46,924 nucleotides of DNA from the IMG/VR virus record IMGVR_UViG_2695420343_000002; one strand, written 5' to 3'. Below are positions 1-9,289 of the stretch, one piece after another. Source of the stretch: a virus. Taxonomy: Duplodnaviria; Heunggongvirae; Uroviricota; Caudoviricetes. The position numbers and the translations under genes were made by a program. Within the stretch, counting starts at the first letter, position 1; the number at the start of each line of letters is the position of its first letter. The notes below the pieces were generated by a model. The model saw only the letters and a program-made list of their open reading frames with translations, was not told the DNA's origin and made no database searches.

Positions 1-431
1 TGTTCTCTTCGATTTGCTCACGCTCAGCTTGGTCAATAACTCCATCAGCAGTGCCTTGCGTAAGTACTGGGAATGCTTGCCAATCCATTCTATTGACTCC
101 ATCAGCCGCTGATAATGTCCCATTGTCAATGTCATCAATGACCACCAGCGGCACAAACACCCATTACTACGACGCTATTGCATCTGTTACATGCCTGTAC
201 CACTGGCATCCTGTAAAACCATGGCCCACTCAAGTGGAAAAATTTGATCCCCACCGCTACGCAGTCTGTTATGCAATTGATCTTTTGCTGGGGTGATATC
301 ATCAGATTTATACAAACCAAGAATTTCTGCTGCTTCCTCATAGCCATGAGGTAAATCAGCAATCGTTCTTCGTATTGCTGCCACCAGCCATGCTGTTGTT
401 TATCAACTTTCCATTCAGGTTCTTTACCCAC
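1..431 (-). pseudogene. CII-like/YdaT-family early regulator, truncated at window start and frame-broken copy of 39568-40152
   Basis: Same DNA as 39715-40152 with several single-base length differences; track ORF 135-431 keeps only the first 12 residues ([12 protein letters not shown]) in the same frame. Confidence 0.45.
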
Positions 432-458
432 GGTTAATTCCTCATTTCTGTGGTGTTT

Positions 459-654
459 TTATGCCGCAGCACTGTTAGTCTTTTGATATAAAGACACGTC
501 AACTTTCAGTTTCCCGTTAGTAATTTTTCTAACTGGTACGCTCGGCCTTCAGGAATAATCTCAGGCCACTCTGAAACAGACGGATGCTTAATACCTAGGC
601 TTCGGCGGTTTTACAAACTCCGCCGAAATAATTAATCACGTCGGATTTCCGCAT
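459..654 (-). pseudogene. Cro-like (YdaS-family HTH) gene, frame-broken copy of 40180-40377
   Basis: No intact ORF here; two 1-bp length differences versus copy B (taatttttct vs taattttttct, cctaggc vs cctagggc). Confidence 0.4.
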
Positions 655-687
655 TTCTGTCTCCCGTTAAATTACGTTAAGCAGAAA

Positions 688-703
688 TGTAGGATATCCA
701 ACA
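688..703. promoter_or_regulatory. Operator-like 16-bp site TGTAGGATATCCAACA (copy of 40411-40426)
   Basis: Near-palindromic site between divergent cro-like and cI genes; same motif recurs downstream of cI. Confidence 0.45.
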
Positions 704-749
704 TACCAATGTCAAGAATCCTACATGGGCATGTGGTAGGATTGCCTAC

Positions 750-1400
750 ATGATGAACATGAGTGATCGTATTCGCCAAAGGCGAAAAGAACTGAACCTG
801 ACACAACAAGCACTGGCTGATTTGACTGGTGTGAACCGTGTCACGGTTACTGGATGGGAAAAGGACGACTACCAACCAAATGGAGCCAACCTTCAAGCCC
901 TAGCCAACGCACTTAAATGCGATCCTCTGTGGCTTGTTAGCGGAAAAGCTCGCCTGAACCAAAGATAAATCTAAAACCTGAAATATTCGCAGTTAAAAAA
1001 GTCCCCCTCATCTCGTGGTTCAGGCGGTTCATGGACAATGACGGAGCCTGGTGTCAGGAAAGAAGATGCTGAAGAGTGGGTTTATACTACCGCCCTTGTA
1101 TCAGAAATGGCATTTGCACTACGGGTCCGTGGTGATTCAATGACCAATCCCCTCGGCTCACCATCGATACCAGAAGGTTCTATCGTTATCGTAGAGCCAG
1201 ATATTATTGATACAGAGTGTATTAACGGAAAAATCGTTGTTGCCCATATCAATGGTGGGCAAGAAGCGACACTCAAAAAATTTGTTGAGGACTGGCCGAA
1301 CAGGTATCTCGTCCCACTAAATCCTAACTATAAAACTATTGAATGCGGTGAGAACTGCAGAATAGTTGGTCTTGTCAAACAAGTAATAATGGATTTTTGA
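750..1400 (+). pseudogene. CI-type prophage repressor (HTH + S24 peptidase), frame-broken copy of 40473-41126
   Basis: Track splits it into 750-968 and 1038-1400; copy B is one 217-aa ORF with the same residues. Confidence 0.55.
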
Positions 1401-1424
1401 CACATCTTCCTCACTATCGCAAAA

Positions 1425-1446
1425 CCGGGGTATCCCCGGTTTTTTT
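1425..1446 (+). terminator. Rho-independent terminator after cI (copy of 41151-41172)
   Basis: Hairpin CCGGGGTATCCCCGG followed by T7 run, 25 bp after the cI stop. Confidence 0.7.
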
Positions 1447-1463
1447 ATGAGCCTATCTTTTTA

Positions 1464-1514
1464 TGTAGGATAACCAACATAAACTCTTGACACTCACATG
1501 TTGGATATCCTACA
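1464..1514. promoter_or_regulatory. Inverted pair of operator-like sites flanking a TTGACA hexamer (copy of 41190-41240)
   Basis: TGTAGGATAACCAACA and TGTTGGATATCCTACA in inverted orientation, 18 bp apart. Confidence 0.45.
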
Positions 1515-1633
1515 TTTGTTTTTAGAGTTGTGGTGAATGCGCAGGCTGATGCGCGAAAGACATTGCAGCTATTGCGGAAAAGAGCTGTTCGGCGGGGCCA
1601 TTAAACGCCCGTATCTGGAGGTTAAAGAACAAA

Positions 1634-1909
1634 ATGAAAGTCCAGATTTTAAACAATAGTGGTGAAGTCGTTTGGTCATACGACATAGCCGCTCCTGTAG
1701 ATCAGAGCGGCGATAGCTGGACCAATGGGAAACATCAGATTATGGCTGGAGTTGTATTCTCTTTACGCCGTGCTTTGGAACAGGCTGAAGTATTTCCATC
1801 AGACCCTGAATGGAAATGGCCTTTTTCTATTTGTCCAAATTCGGAGAGCACATTTCAGAAAATTGGTCAGAAAGTCGCACTCGAAGAGCATCAGCCAACT
1901 GTTTCCTGA
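1634..1909 (+). CDS. Hypothetical protein downstream of cI (copy of 41360-41635)
   Basis: GGAGG 8 nt upstream of ATG; 91-aa ORF; no recognisable motif. Confidence 0.5.
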   Translation: MKVQILNNSGEVVWSYDIAAPVDQSGDSWTNGKHQIMAGVVFSLRRALEQAEVFPSDPEWKWPFSICPNSESTFQKIGQKVALEEHQPTVS

Positions 1910-2072
1910 TTTTTTCAGGTAACTCGTCGGCATCGCAGAAACAACAACGCTCGATCATGTTGAAAGCCGATTCGTAGAACTGTTTCTGCTGAGTGTCGCT
2001 GAGACAGGAAAAGAGCGACGTTACGATGATTTTATTAATTGCATTATCAAGTTCTTTTTCATCAAAAGTCAT
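1827..2072 (-). CDS. Hypothetical protein, convergent with and overlapping the previous ORF (copy of 41553-41798)
   Basis: AAGGA 7 nt upstream of ATG; 81-aa ORF; 83-nt 3' overlap with 1634-1909 leaves one of the two in doubt. Confidence 0.45.
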   Translation of the reverse strand: MTFDEKELDNAINKIIVTSLFSCLSDTQQKQFYESAFNMIERCCFCDADELPEKIRKQLADALRVRLSDQFSEMCSPNLDK

Positions 2073-2506
2073 TTGATTTTCCTTTTATGTATACGGGCTT
2101 AAAAGGATACCACCGAGCCTGAAGTGGTGAAAAGACAGGCACATAACAGCTAAGTATTTTCAACCAGAGAGAATCCTTAGCGTTGTGGTGAATGCGGCTC
2201 AGCGCACGCGGTTAAGGTTGAGGCTGACAGTCGACCTTCTGTGGATACCCACCCGCCTGGTGTGCAACCTTCGCCAGGCACCGGAGGCACCCGGCACCAC
2301 AACTTTATGCTGTGTGTAGTCCTCGCGGTACCAGTTTGTACACTTGCTTCCGGCTGGTACCGCTCTTTTACAAAACAGAGAAGAGCATCACCGGACGACG
2401 GGCTCATAACCCAATCCATCCGGGCGGCTGCCACCGCAGGTGTTCTTCTCTGTTTTGTGGAGAAACCAACCGACCTTGCAGGGTCGATATGATGAGGAGC
2501 AGCAAA

Positions 2507-2868
2507 ATGGCTAGCGAACGCAGTACTGATGTGCAGGCATTTATCGGGAGCTGGACGGCGGCGTATTTGAAACCAAAATCGGCGCAGTTCTCAGTGAAGT
2601 CGCTTCCGGTGTGATGAACACGAAAACCAAAGGGAAGGTCTCACTCAACCTGGAAATCGAACCATTTGATGAGAACCGTGTGAAAATCAAACACAAACTC
2701 TCATATATTCGCCCGACTAACCGCGGGAAAATTTCCGAAGAAGACACCACCGAAACGCCGATGTATGTCAATCGCGGTGGTCGCCTGACTATTCTGCAGG
2801 AAGACCAGGGACAATTACTGACTCTTGCCGGTGAACCTGACGGAAAACTCCGCGCAGCAGGTCATTAA
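2507..2868 (+). pseudogene. YfdP-like early protein, frame-broken copy of 42236-42598
   Basis: Track gives 2312-2614 and 2611-2868 in different frames; copy B has one ORF; difference is atcgggag vs atcggggag. Confidence 0.45.
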
Positions 2869-2933
2869 TATCGTTTTTAATAAACTGATTATTTATCTCA
2901 TCACTGAATATTTTTATATAGTGAGGACTTATT

Positions 2934-3758
2934 ATGTCTCAGAACTTAGACGCAACCGCAATTAATCAAATCCATGCCCTTATTTCTGCTCAGGGTGTTA
3001 ATGAAATTATCAGTAAGATTGGTGCCGATGCTGTGGCATTGCCTGAGAATTTCCGCATTCATGATCTGGAAAAATTTAATTTAAATCGCTTCCGTTTCCG
3101 TGGTGCGCTTTCCACTGCCAGCATCGATGACTTTACCCGTTATTCTAAAGATCTTGCAGATGAAGGCACCCGCTGCTTTATCGATGCTGATAATATGCGT
3201 GCCGTCAGTGTGCTTAACCTGGGTACTATTGATGAACCAGGTCACGCAGATAACACCGCCACACTCAAACTGAAAAAGACAGCACCGTTCTCTGCTCTGT
3301 TGTCTGTTAACGGCGAGCGTAACTCCCAGAAATCACTGGCAGAATGGATTGAAGACTGGGCCGACTACCTTGTGGGCTTTGATGCTAATGGTGACGCCAT
3401 TCAGGCAACAAAAGCGGCTGCGGCAATCCGTAAAATCACGATTGAAGCAAACCAGACCGCTGATTTTGAAGATAATGACTTCAGCGGCAAACGCTCCCTG
3501 ATGGAATCTGTCGAAGCGAAGACCAAAGACATTATGCCAGTGGCATTTGAATTTAAATGCGTTCCGTTTGAAGGTCTGAAAGAACGTCCGTTTAAATTAC
3601 GCCTCAGCATTATCACTGGCGATCGTCCTGTACTGGTTCTGCGCATTATTCAGCTGGAAGCAGTGCAGGAAGATATGGCTAACGAATTTCGTGATCTGCT
3701 TGTTGAGAAATTCAAAGACAGCAAAGTAGAAACCTTTATTGGTACTTTCACCGCCTGA
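2934..3758 (+). CDS. YfdQ-like phage early protein (274 aa)
   Basis: Intact 274-aa ORF; length and position after a YfdP-like gene match the KplE1 yfdPQRS block as I recall it. Confidence 0.75.
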
Positions 3759-3885
3759 TTTCATTACTGCAAATGCCCCTGCGGGGGCATTTATGGAAAC
3801 GTAATTAACTCAATAATCACCGGATGGTGAGGGCTTCCTTTTACCCAAACTCAGCGCGGTGCAGCGCATATACGTGGAGAACAAA

Positions 3886-4422
3886 ATGTCATTTATTAAA
3901 ACTTTTTCCGGGAAGCATTTTTATTATGACAGGATAAATAAAGACGACATCGATATTAACGATATCGCGGTTTCTCTTTCAAATATCTGTCGCTTTGCCG
4001 GTCATCTTTCGCACTTCTACAGCGTCGCCCAACATGCGGTTCTTTGCAGCCAGCTGGTGCCGCAGGAATTTGCTTTTGAAGCGTTAATGCATGATGCAAC
4101 AGAAGCGTATTGCCAGGACATTCCCGCACCACTGAAACGCCTTCTTCCTGACTATAAACAAATGGAAGAAAAAATAGACTCCGTAATCCGTGAGAAATAC
4201 GGATTACCCCCAGTTATGAGTACGCCCGTGAAATATGCCGATCTCATCATGCTGGCAACCGAACGCCGCGATCTCGGGCTTGATGATGGCTCTTTCTGGC
4301 CTGTACTGGAAGGTATCCCGGCAACAGAGATGTTCAACGTGATTCCACTGGCACCGGGCCATGCCTACGGGATGTTTATGGAACGCTTTAACGAGTTATC
4401 GGAGTTACGCAAATGCGCATGA
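3886..4422 (+). CDS. HD-domain phosphohydrolase (YfdR-like)
   Basis: H..H and HD motifs (SVAQHAV, ALMHDATEAY); ATG at 3886 has GGAGA 6 nt upstream; track start 3859 is a GTG. Confidence 0.75.
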   Translation: MSFIKTFSGKHFYYDRINKDDIDINDIAVSLSNICRFAGHLSHFYSVAQHAVLCSQLVPQEFAFEALMHDATEAYCQDIPAPLKRLLPDYKQMEEKIDSVIREKYGLPPVMSTPVKYADLIMLATERRDLGLDDGSFWPVLEGIPATEMFNVIPLAPGHAYGMFMERFNELSELRKCA

Positions 4423-4775
4423 ATGTTTTCGAAATGGAAGGGTTTCTTCGTGGGAGATGTGTACCGCGAGATCTGAAAGTAAATGAAACAGATGCTGAAT
4501 ACCTGGTGCGTAAATTCGATGCGCTTGAAGCTAAATGTGCAGCACAGGAAAACAAAGTAATACCAGTGTCAACTGAACTGCCACCAGCAAATGAAAGTGT
4601 TTTGTTATTCGATGCTAACGGAGAAGGCTGGCTAATTGGCTGGCGTTCTCTCTGGTACACCTGGGGACAAAAAGAAACCGGAGAATGGCAGTGGACATTT
4701 CAGGTCGGGGACCTTGAAAACGTCAATATCACTCACTGGGCAGTAATGCCAAAAGCACCGGAGGCTGGAGCATAA
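4413..4775 (+). CDS. DUF551-like protein (YfdS-like)
   Basis: 120 aa; C-terminal W-rich region ending NITHWAVMPKAPE resembles the DUF551 signature. Confidence 0.65.
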   Translation: MRMNVFEMEGFLRGRCVPRDLKVNETDAEYLVRKFDALEAKCAAQENKVIPVSTELPPANESVLLFDANGEGWLIGWRSLWYTWGQKETGEWQWTFQVGDLENVNITHWAVMPKAPEAGA

Positions 4776-5353
4776 TGACCACTTTTACTGACAAAGAACT
4801 GATTAAAGAAATTAAAGAGCGTATCAGCAGCCTTGACGTGCGAGACGATATTGAGCGCCGTGCTTATGAAATTGCACTGGCATCACTGGGAGCAGAACCT
4901 GTAAGCCAAACTTACAACTTGCCAGAATTAATCGAAGGCATGGAGGTTTCCATTGATGTAAGCACTTGTGATGCGGATTTAGGTAATCGCTATTTCGGTA
5001 CCGTCACCGAGGCGTTAGAACTTGATACTGCCAAGAATGGTTACATCCTCCTGGTTCAGGACGCAGAGCCAAACTTCGATATAAATGGCAACTCTCCGGT
5101 AACTCCGGATGGTTGGGTCATGGTGCCGAAGAAACTAACCGCTGAGAACGGCGCTAAGGGTGTGCTATCCGGTGAATTTTCAGAAACTACGTTTATAAGC
5201 TGCCCGGAATGCTTTGGCGATGATGATTGCGATACCTGCGACGGGAGCGGACGTATTGAAATTAAAGTGCCAGTCACGTGGTCGACCATAAAATCTATCT
5301 GGGATAAAGGTATCGAGTATTTTGCAGCAAAACCATCACAAGAGGTGAAGTGA
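4775..5353 (+). CDS. Hypothetical protein with C-terminal zinc-finger (CPEC...CDTCDGSG)
   Basis: 192-aa ORF; start overlaps previous stop (ATGA); CxxC plus CxxCxGxG motif. Confidence 0.65.
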   Translation: MTTFTDKELIKEIKERISSLDVRDDIERRAYEIALASLGAEPVSQTYNLPELIEGMEVSIDVSTCDADLGNRYFGTVTEALELDTAKNGYILLVQDAEPNFDINGNSPVTPDGWVMVPKKLTAENGAKGVLSGEFSETTFISCPECFGDDDCDTCDGSGRIEIKVPVTWSTIKSIWDKGIEYFAAKPSQEVK

Positions 5354-5925
5354 TGAACAACTTAATGATCGACCTTGAGACGATGGGGAAAAATAAGGAT
5401 GCACCGATCGTTTCCATTGGCGCGGTGTTCTTTACCCCAGAAACCGGTGACATCGGACAAGAATTCTATGCGGTTGTCAGCCTGGACAGTGCTATGAAGC
5501 AAGGAGCTACACCTGACGGCGATACCATCCTGTGGTGGTTGAAACAGAGCCCTGAAGCACGAGCTGCAATCTGTATTGATGATACTTTATCGATCAGCGA
5601 TGCACTCTCTGAATTGAGTCATTTCATTAATCAGCATGCAGACAATATAAAATATTTAAAAGTCTGGGGTAACGGGGCCACCTTCGACAACGTAATTTTA
5701 CGTGGAGCTTACGAGCGAGCAGGACAAATCTGCCCGTGGGCGTACTGGAATGACCACGATGTACGCACGATCGTTACGCTTGGGCGTTCCATCGGATTCG
5801 ACCCCAAAATGGACATGCCTTTCGATGGCGAACGGCACAACGCCCTGGCTGATGCCCGTCATCAGGCAAAATATGTTTCCGCTATCTGGCAGAAATTAAT
5901 TCCTGCCACCAGCACAGAATTATGA
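5350..5925 (+). CDS. DEDDh-type 3'-5' exonuclease
   Basis: MIDLETMG (D-x-E) near the N-terminus and H-x4-D near the C-terminus (HNALADARHQ). Confidence 0.7.
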   Translation: MMNNLMIDLETMGKNKDAPIVSIGAVFFTPETGDIGQEFYAVVSLDSAMKQGATPDGDTILWWLKQSPEARAAICIDDTLSISDALSELSHFINQHADNIKYLKVWGNGATFDNVILRGAYERAGQICPWAYWNDHDVRTIVTLGRSIGFDPKMDMPFDGERHNALADARHQAKYVSAIWQKLIPATSTEL

Positions 5926-5961
5926 TTTTCCCGGGTGCAGCCGGTTTTGATGGAGAAAATT

Positions 5962-6243
5962 ATGAACACCTTGTTTTTACTGATGGCTGAATTCAATACC
6001 CCAAACATTGAACTCTCAGCAGTTAGCCAAAAGTACTTTGGTATGAGTCCAGCCACGGCAGAAGCAAAAGCAAACGCTTGTAAGTTGCCCGTTCCAACAT
6101 ATCGCATCGGCACATCACAAAAAGCAAAACGTTGCATCAATATTCAAGATCTTGCGGAATACATAGACAAAAGGCGAGAAGAAGGACGTATCGAGTGGGA
6201 ACAGGTCAGAACAGTCAAACAGAAGGACAAAGAACATCACTAA
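5962..6243 (+). CDS. Excisionase-like DNA-binding protein (TorI/PrtN-like)
   Basis: Small protein starting MNTLFLLMAEF; last gene before the int junction; GGAGA 7 nt upstream of ATG at 5962. Confidence 0.5.
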   Translation: MNTLFLLMAEFNTPNIELSAVSQKYFGMSPATAEAKANACKLPVPTYRIGTSQKAKRCINIQDLAEYIDKRREEGRIEWEQVRTVKQKDKEHH

Positions 6244-6273
6244 AGAAAAAACCCGCCTGAAGGCGGGTTTTCA
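6243..6273. terminator. Bidirectional rho-independent terminator
   Basis: ACCCGCC-TGAA-GGCGGGT hairpin flanked by an A-run and a T-run, between convergent genes. Confidence 0.7.
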
Positions 6274-6290
6274 AAAAGCACCAGCTATGA

Positions 6291-6464
6291 TCATGCTGCT
6301 TTGCGACGACGAAGCTTACCCTGCTGCTCTTTACCAGAGACAGTAGCGTGAGTGAACGCATTAGGAGCAGCCTTCATCAGAACTTCAACAGCAGCACCCA
6401 TACCTGCGAATGCTTTCATTGTGTCGAACTTAACCTGTGGCTTGGTTGCTTTTTGATCTTTCAT
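6291..6464 (-). CDS. Small basic protein, 57 aa, hypothetical (below track cutoff)
   Basis: Translated by hand: MKDQKATKPQVKFDTMKAFAGMGAAVEVLMKAAPNAFTHATVSGKEQQGKLRRRKAA; GGGAG 8 nt upstream of ATG. Confidence 0.5.
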   Translation of the reverse strand: MKDQKATKPQVKFDTMKAFAGMGAAVEVLMKAAPNAFTHATVSGKEQQGKLRRRKAA

Positions 6465-6535
6465 AGAAAACTCCCGAGACAGTAAAGGCGTCTCTAACCC
6501 TTTCTTTAAAGCTAGCTTGTTTCGCTAACTTATGC

Positions 6536-6556
6536 CAATCGATCATGTCGATTGGT
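6536..6556. promoter_or_regulatory. Palindrome CCAATCGA-N5-TCGATTGG upstream of the small ORF
   Basis: Perfect 8-bp inverted arms, 5-bp spacer, about 70 bp upstream of the 6464 start codon. Confidence 0.4.
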
Positions 6557-6660
6557 GACATCGTTTCTTAGTAGTTTAAGCACAAAACGACTGCCATAGA
6601 TGTACCTTTAAGGTAATCTGGACGGGTATCCTACAATTTGTAGACCCTTCTCGTCTATAC

Positions 6661-7197
6661 CTACTGAGCAAATTTAAGAAAGATATCCTGCAGCTCATCA
6701 ATGACTGCCGACATCACATAACCGCACTGTTCCATGCGGAAACCAAAAGACTCGTAATACTGCACCAGTTCTGGTACTGGCTCTACAATGTGGACAACTT
6801 TACATTCAACAGCTTTACAAAATATAAAAGCACTCATAAGAGTGAGTAAAACCATGCGCCCTTTCAATGGGTGAGATTCATCTTCTCTAGAAAACCTTTC
6901 GATCATATGGATACGAAAGATGTTTTCTTCAACCCCATAAACACAAATTGCTGCTCCTGATGGTATTCCCTGAACCCGACCTTGCTGAACAAGTTTTATG
7001 CAGAACTCATACTTTTCTCTGGAGTTGCCATAGGTACTTAACGCATAGTCCCATTCAAGCTCACCATAGCCACCACACAGAATCTTGTAATCATCATCAC
7101 TGAGCGGACCAACAGCAAGAGGTAAGCCGACATGATCAATAATCAACTGGATATTGTTACGTACTGATTGACCTATCTCGTCCAGGGTAAGCATCAT
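6661..7197 (-). CDS. Putative GNAT-fold N-acetyltransferase (accessory gene)
   Basis: 178-aa ORF; C-terminal YYESFGF resembles the GNAT motif; looks AT-rich by eye; no search run. Confidence 0.5.
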   Translation of the reverse strand: MMLTLDEIGQSVRNNIQLIIDHVGLPLAVGPLSDDDYKILCGGYGELEWDYALSTYGNSREKYEFCIKLVQQGRVQGIPSGAAICVYGVEENIFRIHMIERFSREDESHPLKGRMVLLTLMSAFIFCKAVECKVVHIVEPVPELVQYYESFGFRMEQCGYVMSAVIDELQDIFLKFAQ

Positions 7198-7533
7198 GGC
7201 CTCTCAAGCGGAACACTAAAAGTCGCATTATATCTCATTCTTAAGCCGCGTATGGATTACACCTTGAAATGAAAACGCCGGGTTCCCAATAGGCTCCCAC
7301 AGAGTGTATAACTGCTTGTTTTTCAACAACGGTACATCCTATCAAGCATAGGAGCAATGCTAAACCGAGAATTCCAGTAAACACCAGTTTTTTCAGGCAT
7401 CACGCTGGTTTGATTAATTTTTTGTGTTTCATGATTATCGTGCATTTTTGAACATTTCAGGCTATTTTTCTCGCGTTAGGTTCCCGCACAGGTTCCCACG
7501 TTTTATGGGAACCCGAAATAACGAGGTCGTGTA
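7198..7533. other. Noncoding region upstream of int with GGTTCCC repeats; candidate attP or integrase arm-site region
   Basis: GGTTCCC appears three times in direct orientation plus once inverted (GGGAACC) within 60 bp of the int start. Confidence 0.3.
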
Positions 7534-8631
7534 ATGGCGTACTATAACATAGAGAAACGACTAAAATCCGATGGCACACCACGCTATCGCTGTAATGTGA
7601 TTATCAAAGAAAAAGGTGTTATCACTTACAGGGAAAGCAAAACATTCCCTAAACATGCTCATGCCAAAACATGGGGCACACAGAAAGTGATGGAATTAGA
7701 TCTATATGGCATTCCATCATCAAATGCAGTTGACGGACTTACAGTCCGTGACTTACTACACAAATATTTAAATGACCCAAATGCCGGAGGTAAAGCAGGC
7801 CGTACTAAAAGATATGTGCTGGAACTGCTTATGGATAGTGACATCTCCGCGATCAAACTATCTGAACTGACAGAAAATGACGTAATTGAACATTGCAGGC
7901 TAAGAAACAACGCTGGTGCAGGTCCTGCAACAGTCAGCCACGATGTTAGTTATCTTGGCAGTGTTCTGGATGCGGCCAAACCTGTATACGGAATTAATTA
8001 CACATCAAACCCGGCGAAAAGCGCTCGCCCATATCTACTTAAACTTGGTTTGATTGGTAAATCAAACCGTCGTAATCGTAGACCAGCATCTGATGAACTG
8101 GACATGCTCATTGCAGGCCTTCAACAACGATCTACTCATAAATGCTCAAAAATTCCGTTCGTTGATATCCTCAAATTTTCTGTATGGTCCTGTATGCGAA
8201 TCGGAGAAGTATGCCGGTTACGATGGGAAGATCTCGACCAGGAACAAAAATCTATACTCGTAAGAGACAGGAAAGATCCACGCAAAAAGGAAGGTAACCA
8301 CATGAAAGTAGCCTTGCTTGGGGAAGCCTGGGATATCGTCCAACGACAGCCCCAAAAATCGGAATTCATTTTTCCATATAACAGCACTTCTGTTACTGCG
8401 GGATTTCAGAGAGTAAGAAGCAAATTAGGTATTAAGGATCTGCGATACCATGATTTGCGTAGAGAAGGGGCAAGTCGCTTATTTGAGGCTGGTTTTAGTA
8501 TTGAGGAAGTCGCCCAAGTTACAGGGCATCGTTCATTAAACGTGCTATGGCAGGTATATACCGAACTGTATCCGAAATCTTTACATAATCGTTTTGAAGA
8601 GCTCCAAAGGAGCAGAAATAAGACCTCTTGA
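7534..8631 (+). CDS. int: Tyrosine-type phage integrase
   Basis: 365 aa; RYHDLRREGAS box and GHRS...VLWQVYTELY tyrosine region; ACGAGG upstream of ATG. Confidence 0.9.
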   Translation: MAYYNIEKRLKSDGTPRYRCNVIIKEKGVITYRESKTFPKHAHAKTWGTQKVMELDLYGIPSSNAVDGLTVRDLLHKYLNDPNAGGKAGRTKRYVLELLMDSDISAIKLSELTENDVIEHCRLRNNAGAGPATVSHDVSYLGSVLDAAKPVYGINYTSNPAKSARPYLLKLGLIGKSNRRNRRPASDELDMLIAGLQQRSTHKCSKIPFVDILKFSVWSCMRIGEVCRLRWEDLDQEQKSILVRDRKDPRKKEGNHMKVALLGEAWDIVQRQPQKSEFIFPYNSTSVTAGFQRVRSKLGIKDLRYHDLRREGASRLFEAGFSIEEVAQVTGHRSLNVLWQVYTELYPKSLHNRFEELQRSRNKTS

Positions 8632-8660
8632 CACTGTTTATCCATACAGTTAAAAATAAT

Positions 8661-8679
8661 GCTGTATACAAACACAGTA
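8661..8679. promoter_or_regulatory. LexA (SOS) box
   Basis: gCTGTatacaaacACAGta matches the CTGT-N8-ACAG consensus, 14 bp upstream of the dinI-like start. Confidence 0.7.
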
Positions 8680-8692
8680 TGGAGGGACTTTT

Positions 8693-8941
8693 ATGCGTAT
8701 TGAAATCTGCATAGCCAAAGAAAAAATGACTAAAATGCCAACCGGTGCTGTGGATGCGTTAAAGGAAGAATTAACCCGACGCATCAGTAAGCGTTATGAC
8801 GATGTTGAGGTGTTAGTAAAAGCCACCAGCAATGATGGCCTTTCTGTTACACGCACCGCAGATAAGGATTCTGCAAAAACTTTTGTTCAGGAGACTCTGA
8901 AAGATACCTGGGAATCTGCTGACGAGTGGTTTGTTCACTAA
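8693..8941 (+). CDS. dinI: DinI-family protein
   Basis: 82 aa; [11 protein letters not shown]...[11 protein letters not shown] aligns by eye with E. coli DinI along its length; GGAGGG RBS. Confidence 0.85.
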   Translation: MRIEICIAKEKMTKMPTGAVDALKEELTRRISKRYDDVEVLVKATSNDGLSVTRTADKDSAKTFVQETLKDTWESADEWFVH

Positions 8942-9194
8942 TAAACACGTAAAATCTGTAACGGCTGGAAATCATTCAATACTCGCACTATCGAAAGTTC
9001 ACCAGCCAACCGCAGCGCGTTCTTGCATACGACGTGGCTGCGGTCTCAACTCCGTCCCCCACCAATCATGATTGGGCAGTACCAGTACAGCACTAGTAAA
9101 AACTGGAAATAAGCAGTCTCAGCAAAATACCGGCCAGACGGTGAGAAGACAAAAAAGATACGCAAAGTAGCCGCGGCCCTTAGTGACATGAAAT

Positions 9195-9214
9195 CCCGCT
9201 ATACGGGCTTTTTT
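9195..9214 (+). terminator. Weak terminator-like hairpin plus T-run
   Basis: CCCG-CTATA-CGGG then C TTTTTT; only a 4-bp stem. Confidence 0.3.
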
Positions 9215-9289
9215 GTATCTGCACACGATTGATTATTAGGTCCGTATAGCTAATAGTGGTCTTAACCTACATATAGAATCAGAGACTTT

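Larger units (their letters stand above)
1..7197. repeat. Copy A of a 7.2-kb direct terminal repeat (matches 39715-46924)
   Basis: Window start equals sequence at 39715; ORFs 2934-6243 translate identically to 42664-45973; differences are 1-bp indels. Confidence 0.9.

Noticed and set aside
51-296. Plus-strand 81-aa ORF at the window start
   Set aside because: Lies antisense within the CII-like gene copy; no RBS and no motif; likely a shadow ORF.
672-896. Minus-strand 74-aa ORF overlapping the cI start (also at 40395-40619)
   Set aside because: Antisense to the cI N-terminus and spans the operator region; the cI frame carries a clear HTH.
7198-9289. tRNA gene at the integrase, the usual integration target
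   Set aside because: I scanned the noncoding stretches at 7198-7533 and 8942-9289 by eye for a T-arm and CCA-end pattern and found none; a covariance-model search was not possible here.
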